Source of the DNA: Chiloscyllium plagiosum
Lineage: Eukaryota
Assembly: GCF_004010195.1 (NCBI RefSeq)
Contig: NC_057718.1
Span: 73,717,931 to 73,781,930, forward strand
Length of the DNA: 64,000 bases
Direction of reading: 5' to 3'
The notes under the pieces are model-generated. The model saw only the letters and a list, made by a program, of their open reading frames with translations, did no database searches and was not told the DNA's origin. Positions within the stretch are counted from its first letter, which is position 1. Every line of letters begins with the position of its first letter. Both the position numbers and the translations under genes were made by a program. Below, piece by piece: positions 25,815-37,652 of the stretch.

Positions 25815-26240
25815 TCTTGTTTCCTGGTCAAAAGAATGTGATTTCAAATCACATTCCAGAGATTTGAGCACAAAATCTAGACTGACACACGAGTATAGTA
25901 CTGAGGAATAGCTATATTATCAGAGGTACCACTTTCAGGGTGGCATGTTAAGACCATAAAACTGAGGCTTCATCTACTTTTACACAAAAGCAAAATTTCC
26001 ATTGCATTATTCAAAGATCAGCATGCTCCCTTCCCATTTTCCAGTCAATACTTATTCTTCAACAACATCACTAAAAAAGAGTACCTAGTTAGAAGCACGT
26101 TGCTGTTTGTGGGATCTTGTCTCCTGGGTTTTCTGAACTGTGACCAACAGTACCCTACAGTTCAATTACTTAACATTCTGTACAGTGCTTTTTGTATTCC
26201 TGTGGCCATGAGTAGCATAGAAATCATGAATGTTCTTTCT
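25815..26240 (+). mobile_element. Decayed Deu-domain SINE (SacSINE1/AmnSINE2-like)
   Basis: ttccagagatttgagcacaaaatctagactgacac...gtactgagg...agaggtaccactttcag...aaactgaggc...caacaacatcactaaaa...ttgctgtttgtgggatcttg resembles the Deu-SINE layout as I recall it. Confidence 0.65.
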
Positions 26241-26269
26241 CCCTATCAAAAAGCAAACCCACTGTTTAA

Positions 26270-27480
26270 AAATTTGTTCATAGAATGTGAGTTACACTGG
26301 CTGGGCTAGCATTTATTACCCATCCCTTGTTTTCTATGTTGTCTTTGTTGTCCTTGAGAAGATTATGATAAGTTGCCTTCTTGAACTGCTACAGCCTGTC
26401 TGCAGCAGGTAGATCTACAATGACGTTAGGAAGGATTTTGACCAAGCGACACTAAATGAGCAACAAGGATTGTGAGTGGCTCCAAGGTGGTCACATTCCC
26501 TTGTATCTGTTGCCCTTATTCTTTTAGAAGGAAGTGGTTATGGGTTTGGAAATTGCTGTCTAATGAACCTCGGGAATTTCTGCAGTGTATCTTGTAGATG
26601 ATGCACACTGCTGTGATCGATCATTGGTGGTGGAGGAGTCAAACTCCTTTGTCCTGGATGGTGGAAAGTTTCCTGAATGTTATTCAAGCTGCACTCATCC
26701 AGGCAAGTGGGGAGTATTCCATAATATTCCTGATTTTGCTGACAGCATTTGGAGACTCAGGAGGTGAGTTACTCCTCCAGGATTCCTAGCCTGTAATATC
26801 TCTTGTTGGAGATGGTCCTTGTCTGGCATTTATGTGGCATGAATGTTACTTGCCACTTTTCAGCCCAAGTCTGATATTGCTAATATCATGTTGCATTTGG
26901 ACATGGAGCTTTAGCATCTGAGGAGTCATGAATGATGCTGAATATTGTGCAATAATTGGCAGAAATCCCCATTTCAGACCTAATGATGGAGGGAAGGTCA
27001 TTGATGAAACAGCTGAAGATGTTTGGGCTTAGGGCACTCCCTTGAGGAATACCTGAAGAGATTTCCCAGAACTGAAGTGACTAACATTCAACAACCACAA
27101 TCATTTTTCTTTGTGGCAAGTATGGTTCCTACCAGCAGAGAGTTCGCCCTTGATTCCCCTTGGCTCCAGAGGGGCTGCTCGATGCCACACTCAGTCAAAT
27201 CCGGCTTGATATCAGGTGCAGTCTCCTCTGAAATTCAGCTGTTTTTATCCACATTTGAACAAAGGTTGTAATGAGGTCAGGAGCTGAGAGGGCCCTGCAG
27301 AACCCAAAACTAAACATCAGAGATCAGGTAATTGCAGAGCAGATTCTGCTTGATAGCACTGTTGATGACACCTTCCATCACTTTACTAATGGTTGAGAGT
27401 AAACTGATGGAGCAGCAATTGACAGAGTCGGATTTCTCCTGACTTTTGTGTACTGGAAGTGCCCGGACAATTTTCTACTT
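26270..27480 (-). mobile_element. Old CR1/L2-group LINE 3' portion (distinct family; related short piece at ~1785-1900)
   Basis: RT remnants on the - strand (ALDIK..FD.VWH-like ~27180-27212; VPQG-like ~27040-27053); shared tail gtg.g...cactggct.g...a.tta...ccatccct. Confidence 0.65.
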
Positions 27481-27856
27481 CTTCAACATTTAATGATGGC
27501 ATTGGCAAATCTTTTTCTTCTTCACTTCTCTGGCTTCTCAGTGTTAACTATGATGAAGTGACTGAGATGCTGGGGTTGACATTCAATTGAATTCAACAAC
27601 ACTTAATATCAAATTGGATTTATAATGGGCAACAGGTGAAATACCCATGGATTTGTATCCCTGCTCATGCTGAATTTCACACACTCAGTTTCAAACTGTT
27701 GCTTTTTGGTCAATACTATAGCTTTTAAAATAGCAATTGTTCTAGTCTAATACTATGTGAATCTGGTCAAGACTTTCTTTGCTGAATTCCTTCTACCCAG
27801 TTTTCAGGAAAACAGTAACCAAGACACCGCATAACCCTGTCCTGGCAACCTCTGCA

Positions 27857-28740
27857 AGTCATAGAGTCATAGAGATGTACAGCATGGAAACAGACGCTTC
27901 GCTCCAACCTGTCCATGCCGACCAGATATCCCAACCCAATCTAGTCCCACCTGCCAGCACCCAGCCCATATCCCTCCAAACCCTTCCTATTCATTTTCCA
28001 ATCCAAATGCCTCTTAAATGTTGCAATTGTACCAGCCTCCACCACATCCTCTGGCAACTCGTTCCATACACGTACCATCCTCTGCATGAAAACGTTGTCC
28101 CTTAGGTCTCTTTTGTATCTATCACTCTAAACGTATGCCCTCTACTTCTGGACTCCCCGACCCCAGGGAAAAGGCTTTGCCTATTTATCCTATCCATGCC
28201 CCTCATAATTTTGTAAACCTCTATAAGGTCACCCCTCAGCCTCCGATGCTCCAGGGAAAACAGCCCCAGCCTCTTCAGCCTCTCCCTATAGCTCAGATCT
28301 TCCAACCCTGGCAACATCCTTCTAACTCTTTTTTGAACCCTTTCAAGTTTCACAACATCTTTCCGATAGGAAGGAGACCAGAATTGCATGCAATATTCCA
28401 ACAGTGGCCTAACCAATGTCCTGTACAGCCGCAACATGACCTCCCAACTCCTGTACTCAATACTCTGACCAATAAAGGAAAGCATGCCAAATGCCTTCTT
28501 CACGATCCTATCTACCTGTGACTTCACTTTCAAGGAGCTATGAACCTGCACTCCAAGGTCTCTTTGTTCAGCAACATTCCCGAAGACCTTACCATTAAGT
28601 GTATAAGTCCTGCTAAGTTTTGCTTTCCCAAAATGCAGCACCTTGCATTTATCTGAATTAAACTCCATCTGCCACTTCTCAGCCCATTGGCCCATCTGGT
28701 CCAGATCCTGTTATAATCTGAGGTAACCTTCTTCACTGTC
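27857..28740 (-). mobile_element. CR1 RT C-terminus + 3' UTR, young
   Basis: Open 197-aa frame WQMEFNSDKCKVLHFG...RDLGV...LEYCMQFWSP; (agtcatag)n tail. Confidence 0.95.
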
Positions 28741-29030
28741 AAGTCATCAACTATCACATAGATACTACCATCACGCATGAGAACATCATCCATCAAGTAC
28801 ATGGTACGCACTCATGATTGAAACTTTATTGCTGGAACAGCACAGCAGGTCAGGCAGCATCCAGGGAACAGGAGATTCGACGTTTCGGGCACAGGCCCTT
28901 CCTCAGGACTCATGAGACTCAGCCAACATTGTCTACATTAAATGCTGCAGGAAAAGATGCCCTGAGGCATGGTACATCAGCAAGACCATGCAGACCCTAC
29001 AACAATGCATGAACCTTGCAACAATCACCA
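28741..29030 (+). mobile_element. Penelope-like GIY-YIG endonuclease remnant, interrupted by a family A piece (28818-28907)
   Basis: DTTIT.EN..HQVHGT.S.DSANIVYI(fs)CRKRCPEAWYISKTMQTLQQCMN; TSD actcatga at 28810-28817 and 28908-28915. Confidence 0.7.
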
Positions 29031-31656
29031 GGTAGGAGTGAGGTAAACTATTTAGTAAGGACGCCAGGCAGAAAGAAATCTCACGAGTGTGTCATGGGAA
29101 TATGCTGAAAGGATATTTTGATAGGGAAGGAAGGCAAAAGGAGACTGTGTTACTGGTTACAACACAGAGTGAAGAACCAAGTTCAGAGGATTCTGAATTG
29201 GAAATTCCTCAAATTAAATTGGACAGCGAGGAAGTTGGCCAAAATTGGGATAAATTGCAGACATACCTTCCAGAGGAAAATCAAAATGACCTGAAAGAGT
29301 TATTGCTATTGCATGAGGAAATATGTAGAAATAATTTGGGAAGTACTAACCTAATTATGCATGATGTAGACAAAGGAAATGCTGTTCTAATTAAGCAACA
29401 TCCTTTAACCCTCTAAAGTTGTCACAGGTTCAAAAAGAGATTGAACGCATGCTCCAAGACAACATAATCAAAGTGAGTAGCAATGACTAGAGTTCACCCA
29501 TAGTAATGTTGTCAAAACCAAATGATACCCAATGGTTATGTGCAATCAATTGCAAAGTCAATGCAATTACAAAGTCTGATTCATATCCAATTGAAAGATT
29601 GTATTGAGAAGGTAGGACAAGCAATGTATATTTCTAAGCTGGGCTTACTCAGATGATACTGGCAGATACCTTTATTCGAAAGGCAAAGACAATTTCAGCT
29701 TTCATAACACCGAATGGACTATATCAAATTAAATTCATGCTATTTGGTAGGAAAAATGCACTAGCTACATTTCAAAGACTAACCAATAAAGCTGGATTAG
29801 ACAATTGTGTGTATACATCTACGACCTGGTGGTTTTAGTCACACATGGAAGGAACATTTGCATAATTTATCAGAATTATTCGATCAACTTCAGGAGGCAG
29901 GCTTGGTGATAAACCTGGCTAAGAGTGAATTTGCCAAAAACCCAAGTCATATTCCTGGGCCATGTTATCGGACATGGACAGATGGCCCCACAGAATGTGA
30001 AAACAAAGGTTATTGGGGAGTTTCCCATACCATTAATGAAGAGAGCAATACTACAATTGTTAGGATTGAATGGGTTTTATCGGAAATTCGTACCGAATTT
30101 TAGCAATGTGGCTGCTTCACTCACTGAATTACTAAAGATAAACAAGAAGTTCCAGTGGACGGCAGACTGTCAGAAGGCATTTGACAGCCTGAAAACCGTG
30201 TTAACCACTACTCCAATATTAGCCACACCTAATTATGCAAAGCCATTCAAGGTGGCTATCAATGCTAGGGATGTGGGTCTCAGTGCTGAACTCTTACAGG
30301 AAGAGGACAAGAAGGTAGAAGGACCTATCGGATACGTCTCCAGGAAATTGAACATTTATCAACAGATTTATATTCAACCATTGAGAAGAAGACCTTGAGC
30401 TTGGTGTTGGCGTTACAACATTTCAACATTTATGTTGCCAGTAATGTGTCTGAGACAATCATATACACTGATCATAACCTATTAAAATTTTTGGAAAAAT
30501 TTAAGGATAAAAGTTCTGGACTGTTTAGATGGAGCTTAATATTGCAGTCATTCAATTTGAAAATTATACATGTGGCAAGACGAGAAAATGTAATTGCCCA
30601 TGCATTGTTGAGACTGGGTGAAAACCCTTTGGCGGCAGGAGTAAACGGACTTTAGGGCAGCATGGTGACTCAGTGGTTAGCACTGCTGCCTCACAGGGAC
30701 ACGGTTTCAATTCCTGACTCGGGTGACTTCCTGTGTGGAGTTTGCACATTCTCCCTGTGTCTGCGTGGGTTTCCTCCGGGTGCTCCGGTTTCCTCCCACA
30801 GTCTAAAGATGTGCAGGTCAGGTGAATTGGCCATGCTAAATTGCCCATAGTGTTAGGTGCATTAGTCAGAGTGAAATGGCTCTGGGTGGGTTACTCTTTG
30901 GAGAATTGGTGTGGACTTGTTGGGCCAAAGGGCCTGTTTCCACACTGTAGGGAATCTAATCTAAAATAGAATGCAACAGTGAATGTTTGCAGGTTTATAT
31001 TCATTGTAATGTATATGTATTAACAGAATAAGACTAAGGTTTAAAATTAAGCCATCTTTGTGTATTGATGATTTTTTTTTAAGGAGGGAGTTGGAACACT
31101 GCTGTCACTTTTAAAAGATTATTTTGTCTTCAGTACTTTTCAAGAGAGTTCGTAAAGGCAGAGGTGTAGTTTAACAATGGCAGGAGAGTGGCCAGTTCTC
31201 CCAGTTCAGGTTCTTCTCTTTGGTTTAGTTGTGTCAGTCACAAGATGCTGAAGTCCAGAGAAAGTTTCTAAGGTTCAACAGATGATTCCTGACTGATTTT
31301 TCTCTCTGAAAGTTCTTTGGAAGTTGTTCCCTCCTGCCTGTAAGAATCTGTGTTTCAATTTACCTTTTTGCCAAAGGGTGTGTTTATGGGATGTTAATGG
31401 ATTGGAATGGCTCCTTAGTTAAGCTGCTACATTGGGTCAGTTACATTTTCCAATAGTTACATATTCTAAATTCCATTTTCTTTTGTTGGTTTTTCAATTG
31501 TAGTGTTTAAATAAATTCTGATTTGCTTGAAGTCGAGTGGCTTGACCAGCTGCATCACACCTGATCCAGATTTCACATCTGCCTTTAAAATAAGATAAAG
31601 GTAGGGTCTAGGCTACCTTCTTAAAATATTCTGATGGATCTGGCCTGATCAATAAT
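29031..31656 (+). mobile_element. Gmr1-like Gypsy LTR retrotransposon, 5' deleted (IN C-terminus, RT, RNase H, PPT, 3' LTR)
   Basis: VNYLVRTPGRKK..VCHGNMLKGY at 29040-29120 precedes RT ([28 protein letters not shown]) and RH (FKVAINA, YTDHNLLKFL, HVARRENVIAHAL); PPT aaggagggag at 31081; LTR ~31092-31656. Confidence 0.82.
30655..30964 (+). mobile_element. HE1-type V-SINE
   Basis: tRNA-like head, V-domain, aatctaatctaa tail. Confidence 0.9.
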
Positions 31657-31942
31657 AACTCACATGGTTTGAATCAGTCTGTTGACACTATTGATTACAT
31701 ATAAAGACTTGCTATTCAACCTGTCAACACTCTATTCACACTTACTGTTGATATTCTTAACAACATGGAATTATCTAGATACTATCTCACTGCCTATATA
31801 TTCTGTGCTTGTGCATTTCCTTCCACTTCACCTGATGAAGAAACAGTGTTCCAAAAGCTTGTGATTTTAAATAAAACTATTGGACCTGGTGTCATGTGAG
31901 TTGACTTTGTCCACCCCAGTCCAACACTGGCATCTTCACATC
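31657..31942 (+). mobile_element. Penelope-type terminal region (family B) with degenerate hammerhead at ~31829-31863
   Basis: cacctgatgaagaaacagtgttccaaaagcttgtg followed by the family B end ccaccccagtccaacactggcatc. Confidence 0.7.
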
Positions 31943-32337
31943 AATTCCTACATCCAGTTATATTTAGTGATCACAGTGCAAGCAAATTTGCAGTTGATTT
32001 AACGGTAGAGAGACAGATAAAATAACTGGCAACGAAAAGACAAAATACAGTCCCATAATAGAAATTGCTTGAAATCGTTTTGAGCATAATGACAGAAAAG
32101 TGAAAGACATCAAAGAGCAAGCATATGATGTGCCATTTCACCCATGAAATACTTCAAGGCTATTCTGAATCTTATTTCTATTTACCCACTTTTGTTCCAT
32201 AACCCTAAATGCTTTTGCCTAACAATATTTGACTTGTCAATCTCAGTTTTCAAGTCTTCATCTGAACTAGCCTAGCAGCATTTTGGAGGAAAGTGTTCCA
32301 AATTTTTCCTTGTTCCTGAACTATAACAGTATGAGCT

Positions 32338-32474
32338 GAAGGGCTCATTCCTGAAGAAGGGCTCATGCCCGAAACGTCGATTCTCCTGCTCCTTGGATGT
32401 TGCCTGACCTGCTGTGCTTTTCCAGCAACACATTTTCAGCTCTGATCTCCAGCATCTGTAGTCCTCACTTTCTC
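32338..32474 (+). mobile_element. Short Penelope-type element (family A), 17-bp TSD
   Basis: TSD ctataacagtatgagct at 32321-32337 and 32475-32491. Confidence 0.85.
32347..32382 (+). ncRNA. Minimal hammerhead ribozyme motif (family A)
   Basis: ATTC-CTGAAGA-A-GGGC-TCAT-GCCC-GAAA-CGTC-GATT; GUC triplet; ACGT palindromic stem III. Confidence 0.72.
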
Positions 32475-33111
32475 CTATAACAGTATGAGCTCCAGTTTTA
32501 TGATTGTGTCCCTTTATTCTGAAGTGTACTATAATAGAAAGTTGTTTTTCTCCATCTACCCTATTTAAAAATTTTATCCAGCTTTTCTTGTCAATACCAG
32601 AGTGCATATATTAAACAAGAACACCAGATTGTTTCAGCACTGCAGTTACTTGGCTACTTTAAACATTCCTCTCAGTTGTTCTTCTCAGCTTCAAAACATT
32701 TCTTCTTTTTCTAATAGTGAGGTTTGGCTTTTTCTTTATGCTTCTCTTCGAGAGTGTTTGTAACTGCCTGGTATTTCTAGCCAACTTAATGAGCAAGGAG
32801 ACTAGGGAGAGCAACCTTCCAGGTTGACTTCAAACATACAAACTTCAAGGCTGTTGGTATGACATGCATTTCCTCATGTCATATGGACAAGGGATCACAT
32901 CAAAGACCTTCAGTCTGTCCAAAGTAACCTGATCTTGCTTTGTCTTGCTGCTCTAGCAACATACCTTACAGTCCTCCAGAAGGTTCGGTTTGGTGCTCTG
33001 AAGTGATATGGGCACCAAGGTAAGTTAGTATTTATCCTCTTGCAAAAAAAAGCAAGATATTTGTATTTATTCCAGTAAAAGTTGCCAGAGATATTAATCC
33101 CTTCACACCTC

Positions 33112-33313
33112 TAAAATAACTCCATGGAGGTTGGTATTCCAACACTAAGTCACCCTTTATATAAATGTGGAGAGTCCTTGACACTGATCCATCTTTCTCA
33201 GAGCCAGCTCTCAGAGTGTTTACACTCTGTCAGCTAGGACTCCCTAATTGGACCAGATTAACAGCCCCATATTCTATGACATCCACCTGGTTGAACTTGT
33301 TACAACCACTACA
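33112..33313 (-). mobile_element. Solo LTR, same family as 63424-63639
   Basis: Reverse complement matches the LTR at 63424 (ggggctgttaatct.gtccaat.agggag.cct.gctgacaga); 5-bp TSD acctc at 33107-33111 and 33314-33318. Confidence 0.85.
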
Positions 33314-35539
33314 ACCTCAGCACCATCATGTTATGGCCTTGTGTGGGCAAATTTGAGTCAGATGGCCAAGGAGATGGTCTTGGCCACTGAGGATTAGGAC
33401 TTTATTGAATCAGTCCACCATGGCAATAAAAAGCCCTATAAAATAATTTAATTATCTTACAATCTATATTCAAGGAAACACTTACTCAGTCTGTCTACTG
33501 TATTCTCATGGTTTACTCCATTTAGCCCGGGTATCATTCTGATAAGTATCCATCCATTCCAAATCCAAGATCAATAAAACAGATACTTTCTCCCCAGCGT
33601 TAACTGAAGCATCGGTTTACTCAGTTGAAGTAGACTTTACATCGCTGCAATAATGAAAAGAATGTACCATGGTGCAAGGTGCAACTATGCAGCAATCCAG
33701 ACTAGCAATTCCTAGTTCCAGAAAAAACCCATGAATTGCACAATCAGAAATACAATTCACAGTTATTACATGAGACATATTGAATATTACAAGGTTTGTT
33801 TTGTCCTTATTTGGGTCATCTGTGAGCTTTCACAGCCTCTGATCCACTGTCAAGCCATATAACCAAACACCACAAGGGAGAAACGTTTGGGTCAGATTGC
33901 CTATAGAGCTGATTACTAAAACCTAAATTGTTGGGTAGGATCCTATACAATTGAGTAGAAATGACAATTTTACTTCTGCTCAATACTACTCTCCAGTAAC
34001 TTTGTCAACATAACTACTTCATGAAAAAACACCAGGGTAGGAGGTTACAGACAGACATTTGAGTGGTGAACCAACTGGAATATAAATGTTCCATGCTTAT
34101 ATTTTTCATCTTGTAGAAGATATAGAGAAAGAAAAACAAATAAAAATTAATTTTAAAAATCAAATGAAATACTCAGGAATTACTTAAGCAACCACCAATG
34201 GAATGTCCAACAATAATTAGAATTTGGAAGATGATAACTCGCGAAATAGGCATTGTCAAATTAAAGCTTCTTGTTCTGTCACCTTTACACTGCTGAACAG
34301 AAAGAAAGTGACAAAAAATTGTAAAATGTATTCCTTTAGATTGAAATCAACAATTTTCAGATCATGTGAATTTACTATCTACAAATGCAGAAGTGATGAA
34401 CAGGACTGGTTAGAGGACTACAAGACATTATGATAGAGAGATGATCAGAACTAGTAAGATACGTATATTGTCTCCCAGACATGTGCCTCACCAGAGTAGC
34501 TATTGAATGGATATCACCCCAGGTGGAAAAAGAAGGTAGGACTACCAAAAAGGACCTCACAAAGTTTCTACAGAGAATGAGCAGGATTTAATCTCTGCTG
34601 GAGCAAAAGAGATTGCAGCAGACTAGGCCCAGTAGCAGGGTCTTTCTGTCCAGTACCCCCTCTGGGAGTGGATGAACCAGGTCAAAGTAAGGTATCTGTA
34701 CTAAAACATAAAATGCTGTAGACATTCAGCAGGTCTGGCAATATCCATGTAGAGAAAAAATAAGTTAATGTTGAGTCCAATGACCATTTATCAACACTGC
34801 AATCTGTACTGCCTGCTCTGAACTTGCCTACAGTCATGAAGTGAATTGTGGCATTAGATTTTGTTTCCAAAAATCTATAATCCAACTTTAACTGGACACA
34901 AGAAGCTAAAAGCATGGTGATTACAAACCATCTGACTATACACTTACCAATCCTGAGCGAAGGTAGACTTGACCAGATGTGTAAAGATGTTTGAAGTGCT
35001 TGGAATTTACAAACAGACAATCTAGGTGTGAGAATTCAAGCTCGCGCGAGAATAGCACACAAGATGAAAACTAGAAAGAGATGCTGCATAAGTGATTTCT
35101 TTGTGTTGTGGAGTCTTTGAATCTTCAATGAAAAACATACTAGCATTTGAGCTTTGAAATAGGTGAGAACAGGTAATGTGCAAAACTCTAGTAGGAAGAG
35201 TCTGAGAATTTCCCTCAAAGAGAGATTTTTGACTGAGAAAGGACAAAGAAAGGTATACAGAAATCAAATTCTGTTTTTTAATGAAGGAAAGTCAGGTAAC
35301 ATGCAAATGCTGGGTTACACAGTAAAAGACATGGAATCTTCTATCCTTCTCAAAATCTGCTGACTTGCTGAATCCACCTAAACAACAAAACACTTTGCAG
35401 AAACCATTGCAGCTCTGGATCTGACTTCTCGGGTTAACCAATTCATTTCAGTAAGGAGGAACCTAAGCAACAGACTGAACAGTAAACCACAGAGATTCTT
35501 TGGGACTTTCTCTTTATGTATTATTTTTCTTCTCTATCA

Positions 35540-36005
35540 GCAAAATACTGCAGATGCTGGAAATCTCAAATAAAAAAGAACTGTGGAGAAATGCAGCAGA
35601 TCTGACAGCATCTGTGGACAGTGAGGCAGAGTTAAAAGTTCAAGTTCAATATGACTTCTTTGGAACTAAAAGTTGACGAAAAATAATAGGTTTTATTCTG
35701 TTGACAAGGTACAGATGGAACAAGTAGAACAGATCGTGAGGTTGCCCAGAGCAAAAGGAAAAGGGGGTACTACTGGAGAAAGCTGGAAAAACTCAGCCAG
35801 TCTGGAAAGTTCAATGGAGAGAGAAAAACAGGACTAACATTTTGAGTCTGGTATGCCTCTCCCCCTCAGAACTGTAGTACTGAAGTCATACTAGACTCAA
35901 AAGGCATTGCATCTCTCTTCAGAGATGCTGCAACAACTGTGGAGTTTCTCCAGTGTTCTTGTATTTGTTTCAGATTTCCAGCATCCATAATATTTTGCAT
36001 TTATT
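35540..36005. mobile_element. Old Penelope-type termini related to family A (also ~34700-34800)
   Basis: aaaatactgcagatgctggaaatct...cagcagatctgacagcatctgtgg, and a decayed fold-back at 35775-36005. Confidence 0.6.
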
Positions 36006-36335
36006 CGCATGCTTATTGTCATTAGGAGAGCTGCACATAATAAATTTTGCAGGTTGATAGGTATGTTCTCACTGTGGAATCTCTTATGCTTAATGTAATC
36101 TTGTCTTTAATTACAATACCATTTGCATGAATTCAGATTCTGCGAGCTGACTGAATGAAGTCACATATTGACGAATGGATACTTTTTCACCTTGGGCCTT
36201 AATGTTGAACATGTACATTCAAAAGTTTTGCTCACTTGAGCTTCAAAAGAATGTCTTCAAGGTTTTTAAAATTTCTGAAGTCTTATTTCTTCTGTTCTTT
36301 AGAAAGATTTAGGGTGGAATATACTTTGAAACAAT

Positions 36336-37269
36336 GAGTTTTGAGAAGATTTGTAGCTCAGGTTGAGGTTTTGGATGTAGATTTGCTGAGTGGCAAGGTT
36401 CATTTCCAGACATTTCGTTACCCTACTAAGTAACATCTTTAGTGGCCCTCAGGTGAAGCAATGCTGAAAATTCCTGCTTTCTATTTATATGGCTGGGTTT
36501 CTTTGGGTTGGTGATGTCCTTTCCTGTGGTGAAGTCACTTCCTGTTCCTTTTCTCAGGGGGTGGTAGATGGAGTCTAACTCGATGTGTTTGTTGATAGAG
36601 TTTCTGTTGGAATGCTATGCTTCTAGGAATTCTCATGCATATCTTTGTTTGGCTTGTCCTCGGATGGATATGTTGTCCTAGTCGAAGTGGTGTCCTTCCT
36701 CATCCGTATACCAACACACTAAAACAGCAGCCTAATGAACTTGAAAGACCCTATACAGACAACAAGCAAAACTAATGTCATTTACAAAATACAATGCAAG
36801 GACTGCAACAAACACTACATTGGACGAACAGGCAGAAAACTAGCCACCAGGATACGTGAACTCCAACTAGCCGCAAAAAGACATGATCCTCTCTCACTAG
36901 TATCCTCACATACAGATGAGGAAGGACACCACTTCGAATGGAACAAAACATCCATCCTAGGACAAGCCAAACAAAGGCATGCATGAGAATTCCTAGAAGC
37001 ATGGCATTCCAATAAGAATTCTATCAACAAACACATTAAGATAGACCCCCATCTACCACCCCCTGAGAAAAGGAACAGGAATGACTTCACCACAGGAAAT
37101 AACATCACCACATGAAATTACATCACTGACCCAAAGAAACCCAAACATATAAATAGCAAGCAGGAATTTTCAGCATTGCTTTGCCTGAGGCCCACTGAAG
37201 ATATTATCTAGTAGGGTAACGAAACGTCTGGAAATGAACCTTGCAGCTCAGTGAGCAAACCTACATCCA
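36336..37269. mobile_element. Penelope-like element (GIY-YIG) with inverted terminal arms
   Basis: ORF 36735..36986 NVIYKIQCKDCNKHYIGRTGRKLATRIREL; arm 36336-36709 is the reverse complement of ~36910-37269 plus an extension; TSD-like ata(c/t)tttgaaa(c/t)aat at 36321-36335 and 37270-37284. Confidence 0.9.
37192..37231 (+). ncRNA. Minimal hammerhead ribozyme motif (family C); inverted copy at 36406-36445
   Basis: CCA-CTGAAGA-T-ATTATC-TAGTAG-GGTAAC-GAAA-CGTC-TGG; the - strand copy has GTTAC/GTAAC stem II but a mutated core. Confidence 0.72.
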
Positions 37270-37360
37270 ATATTTTGAAATAATCTCTTCCTAACAGTGA
37301 AAAGTGTACATATACTCCTAGTTGCTGTGTTTGGTTCAACAGATCTCTTGCCATTTTGTA

Positions 37361-37652
37361 ATCATAGAATCTAGACAGTACCGATAGAGGCCTATCGTCC
37401 CATCAAGTCTACACTGACCCTTCAAAGAGCATCCAACCCAAACCCACCCCATCCCCATAACTCCACATTTGCTATAGCTAATCCACCTAGCTTGCACATC
37501 CAAGGCAATTCATCTAACATATCTGTGGACTGTGGGAGGAAACCCACACAGAATCAGGGAGAATGCACAAACCCGATACAGTCATCCAAAGCTGGAATCA
37601 AACTTGGGTCCCTGGTGCTGTGAGGCAGCAATACTAACCACCATGTCACCAT
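37361..37652 (-). mobile_element. Decayed HE1-like V-SINE
   Basis: ggactgtgggaggaaacccacacaga...ctgtgaggcagcaatactaaccac. Confidence 0.75.
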
